Shown here one piece after another: positions 28,815-42,565 of a stretch of DNA of 64,000 nt. Under the pieces are notes generated by a model. That model had not been told where the DNA came from. It worked only from the letters and a program-made list of their open reading frames with translations, and did not search any database. Every line of letters starts with the position of its first letter. Position 1 is the stretch's first letter. The translations under genes and the position numbers were made by a program. The stretch is from assembly GCA_964016885.1 (NCBI GenBank), contig OZ024741.1, positions 324,632,001 to 324,696,000 on the forward strand, written 5' to 3'. This DNA comes from Eledone cirrhosa (lineage: Eukaryota).

Positions 28815-29168
28815 TGAATCCGATACTCCGGACATATCCTATTAATTGGATGTCTAAAAATACGGATGAAACCATGGTAGAGATATAATTACGGTATGTA
28901 CACATTTCTTCTAAGTTTGAATTTGCACCTAATTGTGTATGGTTGATGGTATATTTAGTCAGTTTCTACATGCTGTCGAAATGTTGGATAAATACTCTAT
29001 TGTGGTCACCGCGAAGAGGCCGCTTTCGGTTATTTGTCGGAAATTTCTTCATAAGAGCCTTTATTCTTATAGCTTGGTCTAATTGAGTTTTTATATGGTT
29101 AATTATGCTAATTGGGAGAGGAAATGGTATATATTTTATCTAATAATTCTAAGGACATGATTTATGAT
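28815..29168 (+). mobile_element. HHR-bearing tail related to 26269-26645, 5'-truncated inside the core
   Basis: (TA)n-TGA atccg...cggat GAAA ccatgg TA; downstream ~280 bp homologous to 26360-26645. Confidence 0.7.
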
Positions 29169-29184
29169 ATATATATATATATAT

Positions 29185-29390
29185 AAAGGAACGATTGACA
29201 TTCGTCAAATCGGACAGAGGAAACAATGTTTCCATTGGTCTTTCCAATTGCTAATACTATCTATCTGTCGCAACACCAGGTAGAAGGAGCTATGTGAAAT
29301 AAAATGTCTTGCTCAAAGACATAACGCATCACCCAGTCCGGGAATCGAACTCACAACCTCACGATTGCGAATCCAATTCTCTACCCGCTA
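29185..29390 (-). mobile_element. tRNA-derived SINE, family B (CORE-like domain)
   Basis: gagttcgattcc B-box and ttgagcaagaca motif; matches 32373-32594. Confidence 0.8.
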
Positions 29391-29412
29391 TATATATATA
29401 TATATATTAGAG

Positions 29413-29444
<32 letters not shown>

Positions 29445-30703
29445 TTGTAACATATATATATTACATTCAAAGTTATAGATGTCATGTTTGAGATAATGTC
29501 AAATATGCGTCTTATCTCCCAAAAATAACCCCAAAGAAAAATACAAGAATAAATCCGATCATTTAATCATTACAAAATAGTGTATATATGTATACGGGAG
29601 CGGCCCACACCGGAAGAACAATTATCCCAAGGTACTAACCCTATACGCATGAATGAGTGCCCGCAACCGCGCATTGTGTGTGTATACTGGGACTGCGCGA
29701 ATGTACACACTCATGTGAACGCAATGTAATACTAATACCCCAGGTTGGATTGTTAAATTTTCGAGTGTATGCTTAAGAGTATATTTGTATATACTCTCTT
29801 GTATGAGTGCACATGTGTATATAGACATACACGCGCATCCAGAAGTATAAAAGTGTGGGTGGGTATATATGTCTGTACTAAGGAATTCGCCTAAGCTCCA
29901 AAGCCCACAAGCTATTGCTGTGAAGATATATATCACACTCTACCTTTGTCTAGTCTAAACAATAACTTTTCCAAACACCCACTTTACTTTTCTTTATTAA
30001 TAACACCCACCTAGTTTTATGTCTGCCTTATACTTGGATTTGGGGGCCTCTGTTGTATATATATATGCACTTGTGCGTACATATATATATACACACCTGT
30101 ATGGATTTGTGTGTAGATGTGTGTGTGTCTGAGGGGGGTAAGTGTGAGTGTATGTACAAGTCAACCAACATAAGTCTTTTTATTTCTAAATTTTCTAAAC
30201 TATCTAAGTATTTGACTCTAACCATTATTTTAAGTATAACCACCCCACATTAATTCCTCAATTTGTATATGTGGATGTGTGTGTGTGTCTGTGGATGTGG
30301 GTGTGAGTGTATGTGCAAGCCAACCTACATAAGTCTTTTTATTTGTAAATTTTTTACTCTAACCATAATTTTCAGTAGCACCACTCCACATAAATTCCTC
30401 AATTTAAGAATGACCTATAGTATCTATTTCATACTATTAACCTTAATTGAATATATATCTGACCAGGAATGCTTTTTGTGAAAATCAGTCATATGGAACT
30501 ATTGTCATCTTGCCTGGCGGTTTGAACACCACCTGCCTCTTTGAGGTCAAATATCAACCCTACTAGCATCTACAAACTAACCAATGAGAATTAAGACTAT
30601 TCCTGCTGACAACATTAAATTATTCCTAACAAGCTCATATGTCCCAAGGCTCTGATACCATCAACACCATAAACACAGAGCTGGCATATCTAAGAACTGA
30701 CTA

Positions 30704-30759
30704 ACTGCCCGATGAGGTCATAGCCATTCAATGGCTATCATCGAAATATATATAGCAGT
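30704..30759 (+). ncRNA. Type I hammerhead (CCGAUGA core)
   Basis: actgc CCGATGA ggtc atagccat-tca-atggctat catc GAAA tatata TA gcagt; 30640-30806 nearly identical to 57118-57284. Confidence 0.82.
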
Positions 30760-30800
30760 AAATAAATGATTATGAGTTCATGCAATTGACTTATGTTTCG

Positions 30801-30843
<43 letters not shown>

Positions 30844-31119
30844 TGATCAGCCAATGGAAATAGGTTTCTAAACTATGTTTTGGCTCATATTATGTTCCAA
30901 CAGTAAGCGTTCGGCAGTACCAGTTTGATAACGACAAAAGTCAGAAATGATGACGTCATCATAAGTTGTTGCCCGTACTTAGCTGCTGTTGGAATACACT
31001 AGATGGCACTATGCTGTCAGTTTTCAAATTCATAGCGCAAGGCTTTCAAAATGTTTATTTATAAACATACCGTATGTCGTTAGATATACAACTTCACGTA
31101 TTATATATATATAACCTAG

Positions 31120-31359
31120 CAATTCGAGCCACTTATTTCCACATAAAACAGAAGTAACATTCAAACACCAATCAGACGAGAGAAAAACCACAAACCCTCC
31201 ATCTTATTCTACTTTTGAAAAGTATAAGAACTGTGAAACCGATAAAGGAAACCAATGAATATTCTTAAAAAGAGTCCAGTTGCATTTTCGATTTCTTTTC
31301 CTTATACTTTCACTCGTGTAGGGCGTTTTATTTTTCATTAAAAAAACAACTCATTTTCT

Positions 31360-31360
<1 letters not shown>
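31120..31360 (+). repeat. Solo PLE tail homologous to 61635-61895, with decayed UUGAAAA hammerhead (31212-31247)
   Basis: Shared aagtaacattcaaa..gagaaaaaccaca..ctacttttgaaaag..gaaaccg.taaagga..atactttcactcgtgtagg. Confidence 0.75.
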
Positions 31361-31392
<32 letters not shown>

Positions 31393-32372
31393 CTATCATA
31401 AACACAGGCTCAGCCGGTCAAACATTGAGTACTTTCTTACCTTCTTTAACTGGGGTCTATTAGCAGAGCTAAGTCACCGTCGCGTATAATGGTACGTAAC
31501 AAGTATTCCACACCCCAAGTCATCCAGTGACTTTATACTTTAGATTTCGCTTATACATTCGCAGCGTTGTATATAATGCATTGGTATATTTCTTGCAGTT
31601 ATTCCCTTAACATGTGACGTCGTAACGTATATGCATGCTTCCCCAACTTCCTTTCTCTGTACCAGCCAATGATCGCCACCAAGCTTGTATGCACATGTAT
31701 GTGTAGGCACAAGTATACATACGAGCTTGAATGTGCTCAAGTATGTACGTGTGAATATACATATAGACACATATGTATGGCTAGCCACCTACCCAAATGA
31801 TCACCGTTTCTTACTCCCTGCTTTGGGCAACTTAAATCACAAAAGTACACTATCACTTCCGACAGGAACGCCATGATTGGCACGGCTCGAAGCACATTAG
31901 ACCTTACTCTTACCGCTTTTTACTGACAAAAAACGCCCCCCCCCCGCGCGTACACGCACACACACACACACACACGCACGCACACAAATACACACACACA
32001 GACACACACAGACACACAGATACACACAATTCAAACACATGCACGCACATGTTAACACAAAATATACAATAATTATCTCACGTTTCAAAACTCTCGTATA
32101 TCTAATATATATTCTGATCTGTGCTTCCCCACAATATTTGAGTAAACTCACCAGTACCTTATTCCTGAAAATAGAAAATCCGTTCCTTCCTCTTCTTACT
32201 CTCCTGTGTCATACTTTTAGTTCTCCTCTCTGCCATTCTATTTTCTGATGAAGGACTAACGTTCTAAATGTTAAGACTATCTCCCTGCTCAATGAAGCGT
32301 TAATTTAATATATATCATCATTGTAAGGTACCGTCTCCTGTTTAGTGTTTACTCGTGGAATTTTCAGATATA

Positions 32373-32594
32373 TAAGGTACGATCGACTTTCGTCAAATCG
32401 GACCGAGGAAACAATGTTTCCGTTGATCTTTCCAATTGCTAATGCTATATATCGGTCGCAACTCCAGGTAGAAGGAGCAACGTGAAATAAAGTGTCTTGC
32501 TCAAGGACATAACGCATCGCCTGGTCCAGGAATCGAACTCACAACCTTACGATTGCGAATCCAATTCTCTAACCACTCAGCCACACGCCTTTCA
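32373..32594 (-). mobile_element. tRNA-derived SINE, family B
   Basis: ggcgtgtggctgagtggttagag A-box; gagttcgattcc B-box; gtccttgagcaagacactt. Confidence 0.88.
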
Positions 32595-32620
32595 GATATA
32601 TGTATATACATATATACACA

Positions 32621-32756
<136 letters not shown>

Positions 32757-32780
32757 CATGAATACATACATTTATACCTA

Positions 32781-32856
32781 CAGGGTCTTCCCCCAAAATG
32801 TATACACACTTTGATTATATTTATGTTGAAGTGTGTATATATTTTGTGGGGACACG

Positions 32857-32859
<3 letters not shown>
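32781..32859. mobile_element. 79-bp mariner-type MITE
   Basis: TA-CAGGGT...cccaaaatgtatacacactt / aagtgtgtatatattttgtggg...CTG-TA; related remnant at ~13155-13232. Confidence 0.65.
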
Positions 32860-32910
<51 letters not shown>

Positions 32911-35124
32911 GACAGGCCTTTTCAGTCTTCGTTGACCAGATTTCACTTACAAGGCATAGGAGAAGACATGCGGCTATAGTAGAATGTGCCGCGCAGTGAA
33001 ACTAAGATCTAAACGAGATACTAAGTGAATTGCTTAAACACATATGCATGCCTGCGCCAACCAACCCTTCTGATTCTGAAGCTGGTAGAGTTTCTTCTTT
33101 CGAAATTCATTCCAGAGAAATATGGCTTCTTAATACCAGAATATTTGATGGAGAAACGGTAACGAGAAAAAAAATGGCGACGGAAAGAAATTATTGAATA
33201 CCAATAGGAAACATTCAGTGTGTTAACCTGAATGTAAAACATGGTTGCACTTGTTCGTTAATATGCAAATATTTATCTATCTGTCTACCTATTTACCTGT
33301 CCGTCTGTCTTTCTGTAAATCTGTTTGTCAATCTATATATCTATATACCTATCAATCTAAGTCTCTGAAGGTACATCCGCCTATATATTAATACATACGG
33401 GCGTATGTTAGTGTGTGTGTGATTCATTCTATCTATCTAACTATCTGCCCACCTCCCTGTCCATCTACCCGTAAGTATATTGATCTAGCTGTCCGAGAAT
33501 ATATTTAAATAATTATCAATATTTTATCTTTGTAACAACTTTATTTAAAACCAGAACAATCTGGTGAGATCAGGTGGGGAACACAGATACGCACAAACCA
33601 AAGACTATCACCTTCTTCTCTCTCTCTCTCTCTCTCTTACACACACTGTATATATATGTGTGTGTTCTTTTTAATGTGTGTTTGTGCACGTATGTATGCG
33701 CGAGTATAATCATATATATATATATATATATATATATACGTACTTGCATACGTACGTACGTACGTACACCACATTCTTCTTAATCTCTGTATCTAATTAT
33801 ATATCCTAGTCATATATCGAGACAATAGTCTGGTCTATTGCTGCATAAATCTATAAATTTATCAGAGAATCAGAGAATCAGAGAATCAAGTGTTTATTTG
33901 ACTACTGGGAAGTGTTACGTAAACTTCAGACATTGCTTTATTGGGGGATGAAGTAATGGAGGAGAAAAAAAAACCTAGAACTATAAGAATATATGATGTA
34001 ATAGTTTCAGCTAATGAAATGTGAGAAGAATCGCAGTGAATATCTGTATCTACTTAGGTCTCTATTCAATAGAAAACGTGCGTTGATTCTCTGTTGGTTA
34101 CATCAACGAGTGTTACTGTTGTTCAATCAACATTTTAATCAACTTGATTTCTATATCTCCCATTGTGATGACGACAGAGTGAATATTGTAGTTTGTTTCG
34201 TGTTTATATATTTGGCCTCACTTTTCTATGATCTCATTTCATTCGAAATTGCTATGGTAAGATTTACCTAAATTGGATATCTTATATTGGAATCCTATTG
34301 GAGCATCACTCTACTGGCACTTCTACTCCTAACGCAATTCTCAGAGATTTAGCGTGACACTGTGTGGCTGGTCTTTTGAATTATAGATGCAACTCATTTT
34401 TATTCAGACGAATGAACTGTAGAAACACCGCTTACGACAAAGAGTGTTACAGTTGTTGGATAAACAAAACAACCAGCTCGTGAACTTGAAACACGAGTAT
34501 TCATTGGGTAACAGAATGTGTGACGAGGTCGGTGCTTAGATATACTATCGTACAGATAGATCTGACTTTCTTTAGAATTAGAAGCTGTCACCGTATATTG
34601 GCTACAGAAATAAATCTATTATTAGGAAATATGAACTCCTATAATGGATAATGTGGGCATTAACATATACAGAAAACGAGCCGACATCTCTATTTTCGAT
34701 TCTAATGAATACATACAAGCATCTATCCATCCGTCCTATGTGAATGTGCGCATATTCTGCTGATACTACATGTGTATGTGTGTGAGTGTGAGTGTGTGTG
34801 TCTATGTGTGAGTGTGTGCGTATGTATATGTGTGTGTGTGAGTGTGTGTATGTATGTGTGTGTGTGAGTGCGTGCGTATGTATATGTGTGTGTGTGAGTG
34901 TGTGTTAGTGTGTGTGTGTGAGTGTGTGGGGGGTGCTAAAATATCTAAGAGCAGAGAAAGTGAAGTTGAATATTAAACAAGGCTGTTGTGTTAGGTGTGT
35001 TCTGGACGTCTGACTTTTGTAAACTTTATTGTTTTTTTTTTTTTTGTTATCTCATAATGTCATGTTGGTTATAGTGAAAGTGTTGGCATTGCTAATATAT
35101 ATATATATATATATATATACACAA

Positions 35125-35188
<64 letters not shown>

Positions 35189-35459
35189 ATATATAGGCAT
35201 ACACACATATGCATACAAATGCCTTCATATGCATACATACATATATAAATACATATGTATATGCTTATACCATGTTTTAAAAAGAAATAATCTACTCTAT
35301 TTGCAGGAAATGATGTAAACAAATGATAAATCGGTGTAGAAAAGCAGAAGATACAATAAAGATATAATAAAATATACATCTGTTTAAGAAGGTGATAGTA
35401 TAATTGTGACGATGAAACTACTCGGATTTCTAAAAACTCGGGGTACTATCACTACAGTC

Positions 35460-36330
35460 GGTTTATCATCTTCAACTTCAACAGCAGCATCACAATCGCC
35501 ATTATTGCCATCATCTTCATTTACTTCATCATCACCATCACTATCATTATCATCATCGGCATCGGTGGATTGGCAGTATCGGTAGAGAGAGTCGGACACC
35601 ATGCTTTGCAGCATAGAGTTACGGCCCTTTATGATCTGAGTTCAAATCCCGCAGAGGTTAACTCTACCTTCCATCCTTAGAAGGTCGATAAAATAAAGTA
35701 CCAGTAATGCACTGGTAAATTTGCTGGCCTTGTGCCAAAAGTAGAAACAATTATCATCATCGACATCATCGTCATCATCATCGAAATTAGTATCAGCATC
35801 CTCACAATTAACATCCCTATCACAATCACAATCATCAAAATCACCCTCATCCTCATCATTATCATCATTGTTATCATCACCATCACCGGCGTTATTCATA
35901 ATCCTCATCACCAACACCATCATCAGTATCCTCACCATCACTATTAGACTATCATCATCATCATCATCATCATCATTACCATGATCCTTATCATTACCAT
36001 CATCATAATCTTCTTCATCATCATTAACATCATTATCATCGCCATCACAATCACTATTACAATCACCACCGTCATCATCATCTTTATCATCATCACCACC
36101 ACAATCACCACCGTCATCATCATCTTTATCATCATCACCACCACAATCACCACCGTCATCATCATCTTTATCATCATCACCACCACAATCACCACCGTCA
36201 TCATCATCTTTATCATCATCATCACCCCAATCACCATCATCACCATCATCATCACAACCACTAACACAATCATCATCAACGTCACAATTACCATCATCAT
36301 CACAAGCATTATCAATAATAACAGCCGTCA
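35460..36330. repeat. Degenerate (ATC)n tract with a 42-bp higher-order unit (~4 copies, ~36060-36230), interrupted by a SINE
   Basis: Unit caccaccgtcatcatcatctttatcatcatcaccaccacaat. Confidence 0.9.
35563..35753 (+). mobile_element. SINE family A
   Basis: tggcagtatcggtagag A-box; gagttcaaatcc B-box; family 3' end gtagaaacaatta. Confidence 0.9.
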
Positions 36331-36711
36331 TTCACAATCTAGTGTGACTTGATAGGTAGTATCTTCATACAATCGCGTGCATACAGACTCAGAAACCCAC
36401 TCGACCCTCTTCCCTTTGATCCAGCAGAACATCCAGGATATGCCAGTCCGAATGAGATTGGGATGGACCAGCAGTGAATTGATACAGTTTTTGTCCTGGA
36501 AAGGGTGAAAGCGAAACTGGGCCTCCGCACGATTTGAGCTCAGAACGTATCCTGTATATGGAGTAACCTTGTACTCTTAGTCACTTAACACCTACGTAAC
36601 TAGCCTAACCTCCCGCCTGATGAGTCATCGGTCTTGGGGCAGACATTAACCTTTAACCTTTTATTGGTATTATAAGCAGAAATCGTCGTCAATATCACTG
36701 TTATTATTAAT

Positions 36712-37530
36712 ATTGTTTCTACTATTGGCACAAGGCCAGCAATTATCTCAGTGTATTACTGGTACTTTATTTTATCGACCCCATAAGGATGAAAGGCAAA
36801 GTTAACCTCGGCGGGATTTGAACTCAGAATGGCAAGGGCTGTAACTCTATGCGTCAAAGCATGGTGTCCGACCCTCTACCTATAGTGCCAATCCACCGCC
36901 ATTAGAATTGGCAGTATCGGTAGAGGGTCGGACGCCATGCTTTGACACATAGAGTTACGGCCAATTCTGAGTTCAAATCCCGCCGAGGTTAACTTTGCCT
37001 TTCATCCTTATGGGGTCGATAAAATAAAGTACCAGTAATACACTGGGTAATTGCTGGCCTTGTGCTAATAGTAGAAACAATTATTGTTAATATTATTATT
37101 TGATTAGCAGTATCGGTAGAGAAGTGAACAACAAGCTTTGCGACATATTGTTACGGCCTTTTAAGTTCTGAGCTCAAACGCCCTCGAGGCTAGCTTTGCC
37201 TTTCATCTTTACGGGGTTCATAAAATAAAGTACCAGTTACTCACTCGACTCATTTCAGTCGACTTTCCATTTCCCTTCAATTTGCTGGCCTTGTGTAAAA
37301 TGCAGAAACAATTATTACTACAGTGGCTACTAGAATCGTTAAAGCATGGTACACAATATTTGGAGGCATATAATTACGGCTCTTTACATTCTGAGTTCAA
37401 ATCCCTCCAAAATCAACTTTCATCCTTCCGAAAGTGATAAAATAAAGTACCGGTCTTGTACTAGGTTAGATATAATTCACTTTTCCTTTCTCCGTAATTG
37501 CTGGCCTCGTACCAATCCTAGAAAGATTTA
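36712..37530. mobile_element. Cluster of four family A SINEs (-,+,+,+); the first two head-to-head
   Basis: 36712-36900(-), 36907-37083(+), ~37101-37313(+), ~37325-37530(+). Confidence 0.88.
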
Positions 37531-37559
37531 TTGTAATTATACTTTTCTTTTTTAGTTCT

Positions 37560-37900
37560 TGTGGTAAATAAATGACCCGCTGGTGAGAAGGTCCATCTGT
37601 TACCAATGTCCTTTACAAGACAGTCGCGAGTCGTCTTCGCTGATGATGTTTAGGTACGTACTGAGGCTAACACACCTGAAAAGATTCCTGGTCAAGAATG
37701 ACGGTGGACAGGTGTGACCACCGTTCGTGTGACACGCTTTCCCTTAGTTTTCTCATTGGCTGAGCTGCAGTCTTGGATCAAACGCAAACGGAAGTTGAGC
37801 ATTTGGCATTAGGAATTTTCCCTGGTGCTCATTGCACTTAACTAGAGGTACAATGTAGTCTGTTGGTGAAAAGTAAGCCTCGACGTTCTATGGAGATCTA
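37560..37900 (+). mobile_element. Old fragment of the L1/Tx1 family at 26808
   Basis: ctggtgagaaggtccatctg..., ggctgagctgcagtcttggatcaaacg similar to 27640-27950. Confidence 0.6.
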
Positions 37901-38859
37901 GTGCTATATATATATGAGCGAAAATGGACTGCTAGAGCTCCAGCGGGACTTTGGACCTTCCGAATATATTCTACAGGCATAAGAATATCCAAACAACCAT
38001 TTGTGCAATATCTGGTAGGTCACTGGGTTTGGTAAAAACAATAACAGCTGAAAATCCACTAAAAACTGAAGTCTTAACCGCGGCATAAATATTGAAACCT
38101 AAACGGAGCGCATGTAATAATTGGTAAGGCTTTGTCTATTTTCTCAGAAAAACAGCATATTAATAAAAAACAAATGGTCCAAGCAAATAGGTGACAGATA
38201 CCCGGGCCGGTTTTAAAATCCGGTCTGCTTCTGATATGCATGGCCGTGCTGAAGCCACCAGCAACCGAAATAATTATTCAGTGAAGTACTAGAGATTGTC
38301 TGACTAAGTGCCTAGCAGTACTTATTTCGAGACTGTATTCTGATGTTCCAAAAATATTGATTTCGCTATGTGTTCTATCTTCTGCGCCGATAACATAACT
38401 AGCTAGCTTTCAGTCATCTCTCGTTAATAAATATATATATATTTATTTTATATTTTTTTCTGATATAGAAGAAGTGTCGAAAGATATTAAACATCTAAAT
38501 ATATTTCATAAAGTATAGTCTACAGTTTCACCAATGAAGTAGAGATAGGAATTAAAACTAAATTGCTGGCTCTTAATATCTTATTTAAAGATAATAAATA
38601 CACCACACTGTCAGAATATTTTTAAAGCACACAAATGATTGTCTCGATAAATATAATATCGTGTAAGTTATACGCCATTGCGTCTGTATAATATCATCGA
38701 GCAGATGACAGTAGTAGAAAGAAATTGCTCCACCTCCTTCGATTCAGAAGACGATGTTCCAGCTGTTTGGTCAACGGAACAGCCTGTTCTTGAAATTCAT
38801 ATGTGCGTGACTGAGAAAGGTCTTCTGGATTACAGATACAATTTATTTCAGCTGAATGT

Positions 38860-39190
38860 ACATTTTAAAGCACTTTAGGTCATGTCTGGCCATGGGTTTG
38901 CATTTAGTTCCTCTCCAAGGTACAAATCTGGACAAAGTGTTCTTTTAGAAAAATATGCAATCTAGTCTTTTCTCTTCACACCAACGGTGTTGTCGAAGGG
39001 AAAATTAAAACCCAGTTCAGTTCAGCTTGGCACCAGTGTCGTTGCAACTCATTTTTTTCAGCTGATGTGAGTGGACTGGAGTAACGTGAAATAAAGTATC
39101 TTGCTCAATTATACAACACACCGACGTGAATCGAACTCTCGAAATAATAATCATGGTCCTAGAAATCCAAACCACAATCACGTGCCATCA
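38860..39190 (-). mobile_element. Decayed SINE family B
   Basis: gtgaaataaagtatcttgctcaa; aatcgaactc; similar to 52428-52756. Confidence 0.6.
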
Positions 39191-39529
39191 CTTAAAAAGA
39201 GCTAAAGAATTAAACAGAATCTAATTAGCAATGAATTATATATAACAAGCCTCTAGAGAAAGCCAGTCTATTATTTATAAACTAAATAACACTTCAACAC
39301 ACGGATATAAAATAGAAAATAGATTCATATTTTCTTGGGAATTAAAATTAAATAGCTAATAAATATTAAAAAAATATGAAATGTAAATGTTCATGTTTCC
39401 ATTTACGAATATAAAATGTACTAGGCTTAACGTTAACTAGATTAACAATATATGTAAATCTTAAGCACATCAATTTCATATTATTATTATTATTGGCAGT
39501 ATCGGTAGAGCGTGGAACACCATGCTTTG

Positions 39530-41210
39530 TTTTTTCTTTGCTTTCATTTTCGTCACAATTATCTGTTAGTCCAGTTTCTGGTTTGAATTTGTTTGCTTCC
39601 TTGAACACAGAGAACAGTTTTTTGTTTTGTTCATGTTTCATGGCTATTTTTATTATCTTTCCGTTGTTTTTTATTAGGTATTTTTGTAATCCTACAGTAG
39701 TTATTTTATAAGAGTTTTTAGTTGCTTAATGCTCCTTCCTTCTTGTGTTCTTGGTAGGTATAATCTTTCTATGTCTGATTTTGGATGGCGTATCTAAATG
39801 CGGTCGTTATTTTTCTTGTTTTTATATCTATTCCAGCTAGTTCTTTTAGTGTCCAGTTCAAAATGTTAAAACTGTAGCTCATTACTGGGACTACTAAAAT
39901 GTTGATGCCAATCACCTTATTCTTTGCATTTAGTTCAGTTTTGAGTGTTACCCTAAATCTGCTGTAGTATTCTTTTCTAATATTTTCTTTCATCTATGTG
40001 TGTTGAATCTTATCTAGTTCGTTGATTCCTAAGTATTTGTATGTTTGATCTAGTTCTCTTATTTCTGTTTCTTTATCTAACATGAGATCATTGCTTTTCA
40101 CTAATTTCTCTCTCTTCAGAGTTGCCTTCGCACATTTTTCAAATACAAATTTCATACCTATTTCTTTTGTGAATCCGTGTACAGTTTGGAGCAGCGTTTG
40201 GAGTTGTTTTTCATTTGTTGCATACGGCTTTAGATCATCCATATATAGGATGCTGAGGGTCTTTTTTGTTGTTTTTCTTTTCCAGTTTTCAGTTATGATC
40301 TTCGAATCCATATGAGCCTCTACAGCATCCTTTCTGTCTTTCTGGAAGCAGGTTGGGTTTTTTTCAGGAGTTTGGTTATTTTCTGTTATAGTATTGAAGT
40401 TAATGTTTTGTATGTAGTAGGCAAGCATGTTATGGGTCTGTAATTTGGGGGGTTTGCAGTGCAATTTTTTGGGGGGATCAGGGTTGTTTCCCCCTTAGTG
40501 AGCCAGTCAGGTGTTTTTTCTGGTTCTATCAGAATTTCGTTAAATTCCTTTGCCAGCATTTCATGTGTCCCTGATAAATATTTTAACCAGAAATTGTCAT
40601 GTCCTGGTGTCTTCGAGCTGCTTGCCCCTTTCAGTGTGATAAACACGTCATCTGCTGTAATATCCTCCCATAGTTGTTCGTCTGCTGTGTTTGCTGACTT
40701 TGCTAGCTTTGTGCATGGTAATTTCTTCCCATCCTCACCCTTCTGCTCATATTCTTCTCCAGAACTCTTCCACTTCTTTTACTTTTAGGGCTACATTGAC
40801 TATTTTGTTTCTATTAAGTTCTTGGTAGGGTCATTTTGAGTTGCACTGAAACAGCTGATTTTGTTGAAAAAACATTTGCTGCTTTTCATATCTCCGGATT
40901 CTTTGTGCCTTTGCCAGTATTTGTTGTTTAAGGCTTTCCTTGTTGTTTGGGATTTCCCTTTCTGTTACGTTATATTGTTTCAGTGTTTTTATATTTTCCT
41001 TGTTCTTAGTTTCTACTTTTTTCCTATTTCATTTAAAATTGAGAGGTGTTTTCTTTTATTTCCTATCTGTTTTTTGTATCTTTGATTTCCACATTTGCGT
41101 GGAATTTGTTTTTCTGGCTTCTACAGTTCTAAGAGGGTATCCATTTTCTTTTGTAACAACAGAGGCTGCTGCATATATTATATTATATAAATCTGTGATA
41201 TTAATGGTTT
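39530..41210 (-). mobile_element. Decayed R4/Dong-like non-LTR retrotransposon
   Basis: KTPGHDNFWLKYL; PDWLTKGETTLIP; NYRPITCLPTTYK; LYMDDLK; YKYLGINE; LKTELNAKNKVIGIN. Confidence 0.8.
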
Positions 41211-41248
41211 TATTCATATATATTATTATCGTTGTTATTACTATTATT

Positions 41249-41468
41249 AGGGCGGTGGATTGCCAGTATCGGTAGAGCGTCGGACAATATGCTTTATGAC
41301 ATAGGGGTACGCCTCTTTACGATCTGAGATCAAATCCTACCGAGGTTAGCTTTGCCTTTCATCCTTAAGGAGACGATAAAATAAATTACCCGTAATGCAC
41401 TGTGGTCGATTTAATAGACATTCCCATCCACAAAAATGGTTGGCATTGTGCCTACATCAAAAACCATT
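41249..41468 (+). mobile_element. SINE family A
   Basis: gggcggtggattgccagtatcggtagag 5' end; central domain. Confidence 0.85.
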
Positions 41469-41552
41469 ATTATTATTATTGATAGAGCGTCAGATGATAT
41501 GCGGTACGGTAGTTACTTACGAGACAAAAATTTAAAATGTTAAGAAGACTGA

Positions 41553-41584
<32 letters not shown>

Positions 41585-41653
41585 CGGCGATGAATTAGTT
41601 TTAACACTATAGACGAGAGAGCCAAAATTCTCCACTCACACTATGCTAAACCC

Positions 41654-42565
41654 ATGGCCTCCAAATACCTGATACTCAAAAACTCAGCAATGTCCAGTAG
41701 TGCTAAGTTTAATATTCTGATCGCAGATTTGGTACGAGTGATGAAGAATGTGTCCCGCATGTGCGACCCAACAGAAATGGAAAGACACATACAACACTTC
41801 ATCAACCGCATGCAGTTCTCTGGCTACAACCAAAGAGACAGAGTCAGAGTATACGAAGGAGCCATGGAAAAGTATAAGACCCTCATAGAACTGGACATGA
41901 AAGGAATTTGCCCATTATACAGGAGCAAATCATGGAATAGCTTAGATAGGGCTAGACATAAGATAGGGAAAGCCACCTCATGGTACGACAACCAGAGATA
42001 CCAGAGTGTCATGTTTGTGGACGCCACCCCTGGAGGGAAATTAGCTAACCAGTGTAGAAAGGCCTTGAGAAAGACCCACTTAAAAATAAAGGTGGTAGAA
42101 AAGCCAGGAACCACCATAAAATCCCTGATCAGCAAAACCTACCCTTTTAAGAAAACCCACTGTACCAATAGGAAATGTATCATATGTAAGGTGAACCCCC
42201 GGATAAACTGTAAAACTAGAAACGTAGTCTATAGCATAAGATGTACAGAGGGTACTTGCAGAAACATGACAACAACATACATAGGTGAGACAGCTCGTAG
42301 CATAGGTGAAAGAATAGACCAACACTGGGGGGAACTAAAAGGACGAAAAAACGGGTCAGTACTATACGAACATGCTAGACAACAACATGACGGTAACATA
42401 GACAACATAGAAATTAGAATAATATCTAAACATAGAAATGATCCAGCAGATAGGCAAATCAGAGAGGCCAGTGAAATAGAAATTAGAAGACCAAGGCTAA
42501 ACAGAAAGAATGAATGGAATAACAACAACACCCAAACAAACAACACTGACCTAAGAGAAGTATAA
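41654..42565 (+). CDS. PLE C-terminal half: RT thumb, Cys-rich linker, GIY-YIG endonuclease (5'-truncated, uninterrupted)
   Basis: 303 aa; CTNRKCIIC; NVVYSIRC...YIGETARSIGERIDQH; RQIREASEI; LNRKNEW. Confidence 0.85.
   Translation: MASKYLILKNSAMSSSAKFNILIADLVRVMKNVSRMCDPTEMERHIQHFINRMQFSGYNQRDRVRVYEGAMEKYKTLIELDMKGICPLYRSKSWNSLDRARHKIGKATSWYDNQRYQSVMFVDATPGGKLANQCRKALRKTHLKIKVVEKPGTTIKSLISKTYPFKKTHCTNRKCIICKVNPRINCKTRNVVYSIRCTEGTCRNMTTTYIGETARSIGERIDQHWGELKGRKNGSVLYEHARQQHDGNIDNIEIRIISKHRNDPADRQIREASEIEIRRPRLNRKNEWNNNNTQTNNTDLREV

Noticed and set aside
32240-32280. CTGATGA-agga..ttct-aaa remnant (weaker ones at ~5325-5365 minus and ~16135-16325)
   Set aside because: Too degenerate; probably dead HHRs, not counted
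36060-36230. CRISPR-like regular repeats
   Set aside because: Tandem 42-bp units without unique spacers in eukaryotic DNA
35642-36331. 229-aa Asp-rich ORF resembling an acidic biomineralisation protein
   Set aside because: Translation of a (GAT)n tract open in several frames, running into an antisense SINE
36617-36655. CTGATGA-gtc...gac as a hammerhead
   Set aside because: No GAAA, stem III or stem I partner follows
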